A DNA stretch of 64,000 nt. It comes from Bdellovibrio sp. (GTDB taxonomy: Bacteria > Bdellovibrionota > Bdellovibrionia > Bdellovibrionales > Bdellovibrionaceae). The stretch spans positions 224,001 through 288,000 of the forward strand of contig JAKFCY010000003.1 of the NCBI GenBank assembly GCA_036676395.1. Reading direction: 5' to 3'. Of the stretch, positions 28,586 through 39,042 are shown one piece after another; the stretch's first letter is position 1, and each line of letters opens with the position of its first letter. Below the pieces are notes generated by a model. It ran no database searches. It worked only from the letters and a program-made list of their open reading frames with translations, and was not told where the DNA came from. A program made the translations under genes and the position numbers.

Positions 28586-29143
28586 ATGATCGAAACTTCA
28601 AAAACAAATGCAAAAGCAAAAATGGAAAAAGCAACTACTGCGCTAGTTGAAGATTTAAAAAAGGTTCGTACCGGTAAAGCACAGGTATCTATGCTTGATG
28701 CTGTTCGCATTAATTACTACGGCCAATTAGCTCCATTAAATCAAGTAGCGTCAGTTTCTACACCAGATGCGACGACTTTCTTAATCGCACCTTGGGAATC
28801 TGCAATTTTAAAAGAAATCGAAATGGGCATCGTTAAATCTGATATCGGTATGGCGCCAATCAATGACGGTAAAGTAATCCGTTTAAAAGTGCCAAGCTTA
28901 ACTGAAGAACGTCGTAAAGACTTAGCTAAACAAGTTAAAAAAATCGCTGAAGATGCTCGCGTAGCCGTTCGTTTAATTCGCCGTGATGCCAATGAAGAAG
29001 TTAAAAAGCTTTTAAAAGATAAAGCTGTTAGCGAAGACGAAGCTAAAAAAGGCGAAGCAGACATTCAGAAATTAACTGACGAAACTATCAAAAAAGTTGA
29101 TCAGTTAGCTGAAGAAAAAGAAAAATCAATCCTTACAATCTAA
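28586..29143 (+). CDS. frr: Ribosome recycling factor
   Basis: VRTGKA, LTEERRKDL; ATG at 28586 after GGAG. Confidence 0.96.
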   Translation: MIETSKTNAKAKMEKATTALVEDLKKVRTGKAQVSMLDAVRINYYGQLAPLNQVASVSTPDATTFLIAPWESAILKEIEMGIVKSDIGMAPINDGKVIRLKVPSLTEERRKDLAKQVKKIAEDARVAVRLIRRDANEEVKKLLKDKAVSEDEAKKGEADIQKLTDETIKKVDQLAEEKEKSILTI

Positions 29144-29901
29144 TGTCGCAGATAAAACATGTCGCAATCATTATGGATGGAAACGGCCGTTGGGCGCAAA
29201 TGCGCGGCCGTCCCCGTACGTTCGGACATGTTAAAGGTGTGCGTGTAGCGAAAAAAATTATCACTCACACTTCAAACCTTGGTTTAAATCACTTAACTTT
29301 ATACGCGTTCAGCTCTGAAAATTGGTTTCGTCCACAGGAAGAAGTTTCTGTATTGATGAAATTAATGGAACGCTATTTAATTCGTGAAACTGAAAACCTA
29401 GTTAAAAAAAATATTCAGTTTCACACGATTGGCGATTTATCTAAAGTTCCAATCAATGTGCGTAAGTTAATTCTAAATGCCCAAACTAAGACGGCTCATT
29501 GCTCAGGTTTAAAATTAACCTTCGCCATCAGTTATGGCTCACGCCAAGAGTTAATTAATGCCGTTCAATCCATTGCCACTGATCTTAAAGATGGTGTGAT
29601 CAGCTTAAATGAAATCAATGAAGACATGGTCAGCAAAAAACTAATGACATCACACTGCCCTGATCCGGATTTAATTATTCGCACCAGTGGTGAATATCGC
29701 TTATCGAATTTCTTAATGTGGCAAGCCGCTTACAGCGAATTATACTTCACAAACATTCTATGGCCCGATTTCAAAGAAGATGATTTGAACAAAGCCCTTA
29801 CTGATTTCAAAAACCGTTCACGCCGCTTTGGCCGCATCGAAGGCGTTTTAAAGACGCTATTCACTAAAAAAGAAAAAAATCATGCCGAACTTAACTTCTA
29901 G
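29143..29901 (+). CDS. uppS: Undecaprenyl diphosphate synthase
   Basis: HVAIIMDGNGRWA, FSSENWFRP, IRTSGEYRLSNFLMWQ. Confidence 0.97.
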   Translation: MSQIKHVAIIMDGNGRWAQMRGRPRTFGHVKGVRVAKKIITHTSNLGLNHLTLYAFSSENWFRPQEEVSVLMKLMERYLIRETENLVKKNIQFHTIGDLSKVPINVRKLILNAQTKTAHCSGLKLTFAISYGSRQELINAVQSIATDLKDGVISLNEINEDMVSKKLMTSHCPDPDLIIRTSGEYRLSNFLMWQAAYSELYFTNILWPDFKEDDLNKALTDFKNRSRRFGRIEGVLKTLFTKKEKNHAELNF

Positions 29902-30706
29902 AATTATTTCGGCGCTGGTTGCCTTAGCTATCTTAGTTTCAACAGTATATTTTTTCGCTGAAAAAGGCATGTATGCCTGTATCGCATTTGCCTCTGTTCG
30001 ATGTTCTTATGAAATCGCACGAATGGTTTTTAAAGCACATTACCCAAAATTTGCGACTTATGCTTTTGTTTTAATTAATTTTGCGACATTTTTATTGTTA
30101 ACTTTAGAACCTACAAAAAACTTTGCGATGTTTTTTATCTTATTAAGTTTTGTTGCAAGTGTTGTTGTTGGAATTTTATTTCATAAAAAATTCAATGATC
30201 TACAAACGATCTTTGATTACGTTTCACAATCGGCCTTTGGAACACTTTACGCCACTGTGATTCCTGCTATCGTAACTTGGCTTGTGTATTCACAACAAGG
30301 TATGAACTGGTTTTACTGTTTATTAGCCGTGATCTTTGCAGGCGATATAGGCGCTTATTTATTTGGCGTTACTATAGGCACAACTAAAGTCGCCCCCACC
30401 CTATCACCAAAGAAAAGCCTGCAAGGGGCTATTGGTGGTTTATTATTTTCAACCTTAGCAGCTTATGTTTTCTCATTCATTCTAACTGATGTGGCGTTAC
30501 CAGTCTTATTAGCTTGTGGATTCTTTGGTGGCTTACTGGGTCAAATAGGTGATTTTTTCGAATCCTTAATTAAACGAGTTTCTGGTGTAAAAGATTCGGG
30601 AACAATCATGCCAGGCCATGGTGGTGTCTTAGATCGAATCGATGGCGTCCTATTAGCTGCCCCTTTGTTTTATTTTGCTGCGAATTATCATAGTCTTTGG
30701 TCTTAG
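29882..30706 (+). CDS. cdsA: Phosphatidate cytidylyltransferase
   Basis: SPKKS, GDFFESLIKR..GVKDSG..PGHGGVLDRID. Confidence 0.95.
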   Translation: MPNLTSRIISALVALAILVSTVYFFAEKGMYACIAFASVRCSYEIARMVFKAHYPKFATYAFVLINFATFLLLTLEPTKNFAMFFILLSFVASVVVGILFHKKFNDLQTIFDYVSQSAFGTLYATVIPAIVTWLVYSQQGMNWFYCLLAVIFAGDIGAYLFGVTIGTTKVAPTLSPKKSLQGAIGGLLFSTLAAYVFSFILTDVALPVLLACGFFGGLLGQIGDFFESLIKRVSGVKDSGTIMPGHGGVLDRIDGVLLAAPLFYFAANYHSLWS

Positions 30707-30776
30707 TTACCAGCTACCTAGTTACTTAATAGTTTAAAAATGCTAAAATATTGTTTTAAACCACGAGGGTTTTTGC

Positions 30777-32438
30777 ATGACTTATATTTTCTCATCATTG
30801 GGTTACCTTTATTCAAATGTTGTTCCTTTTGTTATTCTTTTGGGAATTCTAGTTTTTGTTCACGAACTAGGTCATTTTTTAGTAGCCCGCGCCTGCGGCG
30901 TACGTGTTGAAGTTTTCTCGCTAGGCTTCGGTAAAAAAATCTTAAGCTTTAAAAGAGGCTACACCACTTATTGCATTTCAATCGTGCCACTTGGTGGCTA
31001 CGTAAAAATGTTCGGTGAACAATCTACTGATGCTACGGCCATTGCTCCCGAAGATCGTGCGGTTTCTTACACTCACAAAACTGTATGGCAACGTATCGCG
31101 ATCGTGTTTGCTGGCCCTTTGATGAATTTCTTATTTGCGATTTTGGTTTTCGGTTTTATTGCTTACAGTGGTGAAGAAACCCGCGCTGCTCGCATTGCTG
31201 AAGTGACTCCAGGTTCAATCGCTGAAACTGCCGGTCTTAAATCACAAGACATGGTGTTAGCCGTAAATAGCCAGCCTGTAAGAAGTTATGAAGAATTTCA
31301 ATTAGCTTTAAATCGCGTGCAAAATCAAAGTGCCGAAATTCAGGTGCAACAAGAGGGTGAACAACCGCGCACGATCACGGCCCAAGTTGCAAGTGCAGAT
31401 AATCCAAATATTTTTGCTGGCCACAAAACAATCGGCAGTATCACCGGCGTAATGCCTTACACGAAAGGCACATTAGTTGCCGTTCAACCGGATTCACAAG
31501 CTTTTAAAGCAGGACTACGCACTGGCGATGAGATCACTCAGATTGCTGGCCGCAAAGTTCAATCGTGGAATGATTTAAACCGCTTAACCCAAAATCAGAC
31601 AACTGAAATAACTGTTGATCGCGTATCTGCTGACGACAAAAAAGAAATTCTTAAATTACAATTAAACTTACCGGTTTATAAAAAAGCACCTGAACTTGCT
31701 GAAATTGGTTTAGAAAATCCCGAACTTTATTTAGAACAAGTTGTTCCGGGGTCACCGGCGGCACTAGCTGACTTACAAAGACATGACAAACTGGTTTCAA
31801 TCAACGGACAGCCAATGCTTGTTTGGGAAAACGTTTTAAACACAATTAAATCTTACGATGGCAAAGATGCTTTAGAAGTTAAAATCATGCGCGATGGCAC
31901 AGAGATGATTAAAAAAATCACTCCGCAAGTGACTTCACAAATGACCTTTCAGGGTAAAGAAGACAAACGCTACACGATTGGTATTATGCCAATGGCTAAT
32001 ATCTCTCAGCCTGAATTAGTTAAAGTGGCCGAAAGCAATATTTTTGCTGCTGCAGCAAAAGGTTTTGACCGTTCATATGATATTTCAGTGATGACGGTGA
32101 TGTCGTTTGTACGTTTATTTCAAGGTGAAGTATCCCATAAAAACATTGGTGGTATGATCTCGATCGGTAAAGCCGCAAAAGATTCATATGCGATGGGCTT
32201 GCAGTCATTTTTGATGACGATGGGTATCTTATCAATCAGCTTATTTATTTTAAATTTATTGCCGGTTCCGGTTTTAGATGGCGGACACTTAGTGTTTTAT
32301 GCTATTGAAATCGTGAAAGGTTCTCCGCTAAGTGGCAGAAAATTAGAGATCGCCCACCAAATCGGTTTTGCCCTGTTAATGGGTCTGATGGTATTGGCGT
32401 TATTTAACGACTTCACTAAGTTTATTTTTAAAACATAA
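30777..32438 (+). CDS. rseP: RIP metalloprotease with three PDZ domains
   Basis: HELGH, AGPLMN, NLLPVPVLDGGH. Confidence 0.95.
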   Translation: MTYIFSSLGYLYSNVVPFVILLGILVFVHELGHFLVARACGVRVEVFSLGFGKKILSFKRGYTTYCISIVPLGGYVKMFGEQSTDATAIAPEDRAVSYTHKTVWQRIAIVFAGPLMNFLFAILVFGFIAYSGEETRAARIAEVTPGSIAETAGLKSQDMVLAVNSQPVRSYEEFQLALNRVQNQSAEIQVQQEGEQPRTITAQVASADNPNIFAGHKTIGSITGVMPYTKGTLVAVQPDSQAFKAGLRTGDEITQIAGRKVQSWNDLNRLTQNQTTEITVDRVSADDKKEILKLQLNLPVYKKAPELAEIGLENPELYLEQVVPGSPAALADLQRHDKLVSINGQPMLVWENVLNTIKSYDGKDALEVKIMRDGTEMIKKITPQVTSQMTFQGKEDKRYTIGIMPMANISQPELVKVAESNIFAAAAKGFDRSYDISVMTVMSFVRLFQGEVSHKNIGGMISIGKAAKDSYAMGLQSFLMTMGILSISLFILNLLPVPVLDGGHLVFYAIEIVKGSPLSGRKLEIAHQIGFALLMGLMVLALFNDFTKFIFKT

Positions 32439-32441
32439 TCT

Positions 32442-33134
32442 ATGATCATATTATCCAGCGACACCAGCACTTTACTTGGAAGTGTGGCCATTCATAAAGA
32501 TGGCCAGCTTCTGGTTGAAAAGTCACTGATGCGCCAAGGATCTCACTCTGACGCCCTAAATCTTTTAATCAAAGACTGTCTTGAACAAGCCAAACTTACT
32601 TTAAATGATATCGATGTTTTTGCCACAGGCCTTGGTCCGGGCAGTTTTACCGGTATTCGCATTAGTTTCAATACGATGAAAACTTTTTCTTCTACTTTTG
32701 CTAAACCAATGGCTGGGATTGATAGCTTAAAAAGCTTAGCTTATCTTAATCGACATGGCGCTAAAGAAATTTGTTGCGCGATTAATGCCTTTAAAAACAT
32801 GGTGTACATCGCGACATACAAAATCGACGGCGATTCCGTTATTGAAACAAGACCACCACAAGTTGTGCGCGTTCAAGAATTACACAATTTCTTAACATCG
32901 CCAGTTTTATTTGTAGGCGATGGTTTTGCAGCTTACGAAAATTATTTACAAAAACATTGTGGTGAAAAATTAATTCGTAACTCTGGTATTCACGACTATC
33001 CGACAGCGGTTGCAGTGGGCCACCTTGCGAGTCTAGAAAATAAATTTTTTCACTGGTCACAACTTTTACCTCTTTATTTAAGAGCGTCCGAAGCCGAAGA
33101 GAACCTCAGCGGAATAAAGTATCAACCTCTGTAG
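32442..33134 (+). CDS. tsaB: tRNA threonylcarbamoyladenosine biosynthesis protein
   Basis: DTST, GPGSFTGIRI, PLYLR. Confidence 0.92.
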   Translation: MIILSSDTSTLLGSVAIHKDGQLLVEKSLMRQGSHSDALNLLIKDCLEQAKLTLNDIDVFATGLGPGSFTGIRISFNTMKTFSSTFAKPMAGIDSLKSLAYLNRHGAKEICCAINAFKNMVYIATYKIDGDSVIETRPPQVVRVQELHNFLTSPVLFVGDGFAAYENYLQKHCGEKLIRNSGIHDYPTAVAVGHLASLENKFFHWSQLLPLYLRASEAEENLSGIKYQPL

Positions 33135-33152
33135 TATCATCGGGAGTTCAGC

Positions 33153-33923
33153 ATGTCGGAAATTTGGTGTGTCGCTAGCGGAAAAGGTGGCGTTGGAAAA
33201 ACGTTCGTCGCCTCAGGCCTGGGAATCAGTTTAGCAAAATTAAGAAAAAAAGTTTTGTTGGTTGATTTCGATATTTCGGGCGCAAATCTTCACACCGTTT
33301 TAGGATTAAAAGACTTTAAAAAATCAATCGTTGATGGCTTAAATGCAAATTCTAATGGTGTAGACATGGTGATGCGTTCAAGTTTTCCAAATTTAGATTT
33401 TATTCCCGGTTTTATCGTACCGCAATTAGGCCAAGAACTTTGCACTTTTAAAGTTGATGCTTTGTTACAGCAGCTTAAAAGTTTGAAATATGATGTAATT
33501 ATTTTCGATTTAGGCCCTGGTGCGCAAAAAGCAAATTTTAGTTTAATGAATTATGCTGACCGCAATTTTGTGATTACAAACTGTGAACCAACATCGATTG
33601 AAAAAACATATTCATTTATCGAACAGTACATTGCGGGCGATTACCCGGCGAAAAATTTACATATTTTGGTGAATTTTTGCCGTTCGCAGCAACATCAAAC
33701 CCTAGGAAAATCATTTGAATCCGTTTTGTTCAAAAAACATGACGTGAATGTTAGATTTTCGGCAGGTATTCGTTTTGATAACGCCGTGTGGCAGTCGACT
33801 TTTATGGCATCTTCAAATTTGCAAAATGTTTTTGCATTAATGCCATATTCCGAAGTCTGTCACGATTTTTACAAAATCTGCAAACAATTGATTGATCCAA
33901 GTGATCTACGGGCCGTATCATAA
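33153..33923 (+). CDS. MinD/FlhG-like P-loop ATPase
   Basis: SGKGGVGKT, DFDISGANLH, EPTSIE. Confidence 0.85.
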   Translation: MSEIWCVASGKGGVGKTFVASGLGISLAKLRKKVLLVDFDISGANLHTVLGLKDFKKSIVDGLNANSNGVDMVMRSSFPNLDFIPGFIVPQLGQELCTFKVDALLQQLKSLKYDVIIFDLGPGAQKANFSLMNYADRNFVITNCEPTSIEKTYSFIEQYIAGDYPAKNLHILVNFCRSQQHQTLGKSFESVLFKKHDVNVRFSAGIRFDNAVWQSTFMASSNLQNVFALMPYSEVCHDFYKICKQLIDPSDLRAVS

Positions 33924-33929
33924 TTTAAG

Positions 33930-34595
33930 ATGAGCACAGATTTTAAAAATAATTATTACGAAATTCTGGAAGTTGCCAACACAGCAACTCAACATGAAAT
34001 CACCGTAGCCTACGAAAAGGCTAAAAGAACCTATTCTGCTCAAAATGCGGCTTTGTACAGTGTCTTTACGGAAGCTGAAGCCTCTGCATTACGTGATTTA
34101 ATTGAAGAAGCTTATTCGGTTCTAAGCAATCAGAATTACCGCAATATTTACGAAAAACGTCTGTTATCAAAATCTTATTCTGCTTCAGATTTATCTTTAG
34201 ATGCTGTTAAAAAAGCCAGCACTGAACTATTCAACGAAAACAGTTTGTTACAAGCTGCTCCGACTGAAATTGCTGAAAATGAAAAACCTTCTTACGAAAA
34301 AAATCAGACTTTAGAGTCTGAGATCGAAACTTGTAATGAATGGGATGGCGATTTCTTAAAAAAAGTGCGCGAATATAAGCAGTACTCTTTAGAATTATTG
34401 CATGAAAAAACTAAAGTAAACCCTTGGTATTTGTCAGCGCTTGAAAAAATGGAGCCACAAAACCTACCAGCACCGGTATTTGTTCGTGGTTACGTCACTC
34501 AATTTGCAAAAACATTAGGTTTAAACGAGAAACAAGTTGCTGAATCGTATATGAAAATCTACAAGTCTAAACTTGAGCAAACAAAAACAAAATAA
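33930..34595 (+). CDS. J-like domain plus RodZ-type HTH protein
   Basis: NYYEILEV..IEEAYSVLSN..R..YE; C-terminal LKKVRE...LPAPVFVRGYV. Confidence 0.8.
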   Translation: MSTDFKNNYYEILEVANTATQHEITVAYEKAKRTYSAQNAALYSVFTEAEASALRDLIEEAYSVLSNQNYRNIYEKRLLSKSYSASDLSLDAVKKASTELFNENSLLQAAPTEIAENEKPSYEKNQTLESEIETCNEWDGDFLKKVREYKQYSLELLHEKTKVNPWYLSALEKMEPQNLPAPVFVRGYVTQFAKTLGLNEKQVAESYMKIYKSKLEQTKTK

Positions 34596-35562
34596 AATTA
34601 CCTTTCCAGTTCCCACTCAATACGCCGGCCTAAGACTTGATAAAGTTTTAGTCGATGAAGAATCTTTCAAAGAGGTTATCTCTACGCGCAGTTATGCGCA
34701 GAATATGATTGAAAAAGGATACATCAGCATTAACGGTGAACGCACCAAAGCTTCGTACGCACTTAAAGCGTCAGACATTATTGATATTATTATTCCTGAA
34801 GTAAAACCGACTGAACTGGTTCCTTACGATTTAAAATTAGATATTATTTTTGAAGACAATGATTTGATCGTTATTAATAAACCTGCAGGTTTAGTTGTGC
34901 ACCCTTCAGCAGGGCACGAACAAAACACGTTAGTGAATGCTCTTTTACACCATACAAAAAATCTTTCGATGAAGAATGAAGAGCGCCCAGGCATTGTTCA
35001 CCGTATCGACAAAGAAACAAGTGGTTTGCTAGTTGTGGCTAAAAACGATAAGGCCCACGAACATTTATCTCTTCAATTTAAAAACAAAACCACACATAGA
35101 ATTTATTATGCTGTAGTTGAAGGCCGTCCGCGTTTGGGTAAAGCAACTATCAGTAGTTACTTAGCCCGCCATCCGAATGATCGCAAAAAATTTGCTTCAG
35201 TTCGAATTCACAATCGCATTTTGACTGAATTCGAAGAAGGTTTCGAAAAAGGCAAATGGGCTGTTACGCATTATCAAACTATTCAAAGCTCGCAATCCAA
35301 ATCATTAGTGCGGGTGCAACTTGAAACCGGACGCACCCACCAAATTCGCGTGCACATGTCTGAAATGGGTCACATGTTGGTTGGTGATATGACTTATGGA
35401 TTCTCTGCAAAAAAAGCTAAAGAACTAGGTATTTCAAGATTTTATCTACATGCCGCCGAACTTGGATTTATTCACCCGAAAACTAAAGAACCTATGAAAT
35501 TTTTAATTGATTGGCCACGCGCTGATTTCGAAAAAATTAAATCCTGGGGTTTTATCTTATGA
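34573..35562 (+). CDS. rluD: RluA-family 23S rRNA pseudouridine synthase
   Basis: S4 domain, NKPAGLVVHP, HRIDKETSGL, TGRTHQIRVH. Confidence 0.93.
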   Translation: MSKQKQNKITFPVPTQYAGLRLDKVLVDEESFKEVISTRSYAQNMIEKGYISINGERTKASYALKASDIIDIIIPEVKPTELVPYDLKLDIIFEDNDLIVINKPAGLVVHPSAGHEQNTLVNALLHHTKNLSMKNEERPGIVHRIDKETSGLLVVAKNDKAHEHLSLQFKNKTTHRIYYAVVEGRPRLGKATISSYLARHPNDRKKFASVRIHNRILTEFEEGFEKGKWAVTHYQTIQSSQSKSLVRVQLETGRTHQIRVHMSEMGHMLVGDMTYGFSAKKAKELGISRFYLHAAELGFIHPKTKEPMKFLIDWPRADFEKIKSWGFIL

Positions 35563-36236
35563 GTTTTACTGAAACCGATTTAGGTTTTATTAAAGAACAA
35601 GATCAACATCTTATATTTTTCGGTAAAAATTCAGCAACTTTAGATCAATTAAAACAAGCTTATCCCGATTTAACTTTTCGCAGTATTCAGCAAAAACACA
35701 CTGACATTTGTGTGCCGTCAGCTACAGCGAGTAACGACACCATTGCAGATGCGCACTTTACGACTGAAAATAAAATTGCTCTGGTTGTGAAAACTGCCGA
35801 TTGTCAGCCGATCTTAGCGTATAATAAAAGTAAAAGTTTAATACTGGCAATTCATGCTGGCTGGCGCGGAGTAGAAAATCAAATCACTTCAAAATCATTG
35901 TTACAATGCGGGCTGCAACAAGCTGATATTTTTATCGGGCCATGTATTCAACAAGAAAGTTTTGAAGTCGATTTAGAGGTAAAAGACCTTTTAGAAAAAA
36001 TTTGTAAAATTGATCCCGCCACTAATGATTTTAAAAAAACATTTATCCAAAAAAGTATTAAATATCATATTGATCTAACGAAGATAGTGGTCGCTGATAT
36101 CAAAGCAGTGGGCGTCGATGCGAAGATTTCATTATTACCTTTTGACACAGTCACTGACCTAAGATTTCATTCATACCGCCGCGATAAACTAAATAATGGT
36201 CGTAATCTTAGCTTCATTACCCGACTTAGGTCTTAA
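35559..36236 (+). CDS. pgeF: Peptidoglycan editing factor / YfiH family
   Basis: TADCQPI, HAGWRG, IGPCI, FHSYRR; follows rluD. Confidence 0.9.
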   Translation: MSFTETDLGFIKEQDQHLIFFGKNSATLDQLKQAYPDLTFRSIQQKHTDICVPSATASNDTIADAHFTTENKIALVVKTADCQPILAYNKSKSLILAIHAGWRGVENQITSKSLLQCGLQQADIFIGPCIQQESFEVDLEVKDLLEKICKIDPATNDFKKTFIQKSIKYHIDLTKIVVADIKAVGVDAKISLLPFDTVTDLRFHSYRRDKLNNGRNLSFITRLRS

Positions 36237-36290
36237 GACTTTTTCGAACCTAGTCTTTCAATTTTTAGCGTGTTTACAGATACTAACAGT

Positions 36291-37748
36291 ATGAAAAAAC
36301 TCATTCTTTTAGTTAGCGTTCTGATGTCGGCGTGTGCCTCGTTTAATAATTTAGACCGTCTACCGACCAATGCAGGCCAATGTGCGATTTCTGATAAAAA
36401 CCCCCCGCTTTTTAACGTGCTTCAAGCCACTTCAGATCGCATTGTTATTCGCTTAGATAATTTTGAAAAATATTTTAATTTAGGATCTTCAGATTACGAT
36501 TTCAAAGTAACGTACTCTGAAACTAAAATTTTAGATCGCGAAGGCAAAAAAGCTATTATCAATCACGAAGTGATGGATGGCTCGGTCGATCGCGAACCAT
36601 ACACTTTGCAAATACCGGTAAATTATGGCGGCCTCTATCACGTCGAACTTTCAAAAGATGGAAAAATTTTTTGGAAACAAAAAGTATTCGCTCTTCACAA
36701 ATCTGAAAATACAATTTCAGCAGCAGAACGTGAAGCTTTGGCTGCACAGTATGCTCCGATCATCGAAATGAGCCCTGATGAAATGTATTGGCCATCTTCA
36801 TTAGAATATATTTTTAATAAAGTTGAAGTAGACCCACAAATGGCAGCCGAGCCATTTCGCTTGACGACTTTAAACACGAACATCAGTAAAAATTCTTCGG
36901 GTTTAATGGGCAGTCTATTTGGCAAAAAGTATGGCGTAAATCATGAGTTTAATTTCTCTGAAATCGATCAGATATTTCCGTACTACGGCCATGCTGAATC
37001 AGTGTTAAAATCAAACTTAGCCGATGACACTCAAACTCGCCTTAGAATGCGTACCAGCAAAAATCATTTAACGATTTATTATTCGGTTTTTGAAAACAAA
37101 CAATGGAATGAAATTTATATTAACTATCACATGTTTTATGCTTTCGATTCTAAAAATGGCACGAAAGATAAGGCTGTTATGGCAGCTCATATCTTCGACC
37201 GTGAAAGTTTAACAGTTGTGTTGCGTGGAACTTCTAAAAAACCACTATATACTTTCTACGGAGCACACTTACCTTCGCAGACAATGGCACAGCTAGATTC
37301 AAACGGTGATGTCGTGCAAAGCTGGGCCACTGGGCGGGTATTTGTAAACTGGAATAAAATCATCACTGAAAATAATCGTTTAAAAGCGGTAGCCGCCAAA
37401 GGCTCACACGGAATCTATCCAATTAAGGGCCTTTATGCAGTTATGGCCAATCATAAATATCCGCTATTACTTGAACCTGCTGGTGGGGGTGAAAAACTTT
37501 ATCCCGAATTTGAACCTGCTGCGGTAAATAATCTGAAGTATAAATTAAGACCGTTGAATCTTGATAACGTGTCTTCTGACTGTAACAGCCCAAACCGCAT
37601 GTTAGCTTTCTCGGGATCTACCGTAGACGTATTAGGTCCAGTGAATGCGACTTTCCCGCCTTTTACTGACCGCGAAGGTGATTATAAGAATTACGCTGAT
37701 CCTAATGCTCCGTTATTCGATATGGATTTAGGCGCGAAAGCTAAATAA
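36291..37748 (+). CDS. Lipoprotein with Vps62/NPP1-like domain
   Basis: MSAC lipobox; YAP...DEMYWPSS, YHMFYAFD..HIFDRE, AKGSHGIY motifs. Confidence 0.6.
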   Translation: MKKLILLVSVLMSACASFNNLDRLPTNAGQCAISDKNPPLFNVLQATSDRIVIRLDNFEKYFNLGSSDYDFKVTYSETKILDREGKKAIINHEVMDGSVDREPYTLQIPVNYGGLYHVELSKDGKIFWKQKVFALHKSENTISAAEREALAAQYAPIIEMSPDEMYWPSSLEYIFNKVEVDPQMAAEPFRLTTLNTNISKNSSGLMGSLFGKKYGVNHEFNFSEIDQIFPYYGHAESVLKSNLADDTQTRLRMRTSKNHLTIYYSVFENKQWNEIYINYHMFYAFDSKNGTKDKAVMAAHIFDRESLTVVLRGTSKKPLYTFYGAHLPSQTMAQLDSNGDVVQSWATGRVFVNWNKIITENNRLKAVAAKGSHGIYPIKGLYAVMANHKYPLLLEPAGGGEKLYPEFEPAAVNNLKYKLRPLNLDNVSSDCNSPNRMLAFSGSTVDVLGPVNATFPPFTDREGDYKNYADPNAPLFDMDLGAKAK

Positions 37749-38941
37749 TGTTTAAGCAAAAGAAGATCCTTACATTTATTGTTTTGTTTTCTTTTGCGCT
37801 GACTGCCCAAGCTCAATATGACTCACCCTTTGATACGGCTTCGGTTGCACGGGGCCTTTCTAAAGTCACAACACTTAAAGATGACATGACTAAACTCAAT
37901 GTGCCATCGCGCTGTCAGCCTTTTAATAAAAGTGACCCCAATACTATGGTCGCTTGCAGCGCACCTGCTGAAGATATTGATAACAGCATCATCACAAAAG
38001 TTGAATTTGAACCAGGAAAAATCGATCCGCGCTTAAATGATGTAATTCCAGAAGAGTTTCGCAAAGACACTAAAGATAAAAAAACAGCCTGTATCATTCG
38101 CTTTAAAATGATGAACGATAATAAAGAAATGATCGGAATGAACCAAGAACAAGGCAGCGGCGACGATGTCGGACGCACCCACTCTTTAGGTTTAAGTGTT
38201 AGCTGTACTTCAGACGACGGGCTGTCAAAAACTTTTTCTTACGATACAGAGCTATACACGAACCCGCAAATGGCTAACGGTAAGTATGTTCGCGATTCTG
38301 AAAATCGCATAAAGCAAAAATTTATTTCTGAAACCGTTTTTGCTTTTGTTCAAGATAATATTAACCAGGGTAAAGCCACTTACTGGAAGCGCGGATTTGG
38401 TTTCATCAATAAAACCGATAAAAAAACATTTGGTCCGTTATCGTCAGCGAATCAGCAAGAATGGTTTCACGCTACCCTTAACAAAATCAGCGGTGAAGGC
38501 AGCGCCGTTACTTATAATTACGAACAAGGCTCGATGAATAAATGGGGCGGCTTTGTGACGATGAGTGTAGGTTTGCAAGAGCATGCCAATTTAGGCAATC
38601 GCTGTCGCGTAAGTCTTTCTGCTGAAACGGGTTTTCGTGCCGGATCTATTAAAGATTCATCCTACTGGAATGCGAGTGCCAATGCGCAGGTTTCTTATGA
38701 CATCACTAAAGGTAATGCCATCTACTTGCGTGGTCGCTATGATGCCACCGATAGACCCGGTTCAAGCTTTGTTCGTGAACAATCAGTAGCCGTAGGCTTT
38801 CAGCGTAATAAATCAGGAACCTATGTTGAAGTTGGTACTATGAAACAGCAAGGTAACCGCACCGATGTTCACGATATTCCGAATGTACATACGGGTAAAA
38901 ACGATTCTATGATCTTCTTACGTCTTGGCTATGGCTTCTAA
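37748..38941 (+). CDS. Outer-membrane barrel, possibly LpxR (lipid A deacylase)-like
   Basis: Signal peptide, NDN...DDVGRTHS, QQEWFH, ends RLGYGF. Confidence 0.5.
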   Translation: MFKQKKILTFIVLFSFALTAQAQYDSPFDTASVARGLSKVTTLKDDMTKLNVPSRCQPFNKSDPNTMVACSAPAEDIDNSIITKVEFEPGKIDPRLNDVIPEEFRKDTKDKKTACIIRFKMMNDNKEMIGMNQEQGSGDDVGRTHSLGLSVSCTSDDGLSKTFSYDTELYTNPQMANGKYVRDSENRIKQKFISETVFAFVQDNINQGKATYWKRGFGFINKTDKKTFGPLSSANQQEWFHATLNKISGEGSAVTYNYEQGSMNKWGGFVTMSVGLQEHANLGNRCRVSLSAETGFRAGSIKDSSYWNASANAQVSYDITKGNAIYLRGRYDATDRPGSSFVREQSVAVGFQRNKSGTYVEVGTMKQQGNRTDVHDIPNVHTGKNDSMIFLRLGYGF

Positions 38942-39042
38942 CGCTGTTTCCCATATTTATTGAATCAATTACATATTGTTTTTTCACAGTGAAATCAGCT
39001 ATTTTTACTCTATAGAGTTTTTTGGAATTCATGGGGTGTACA

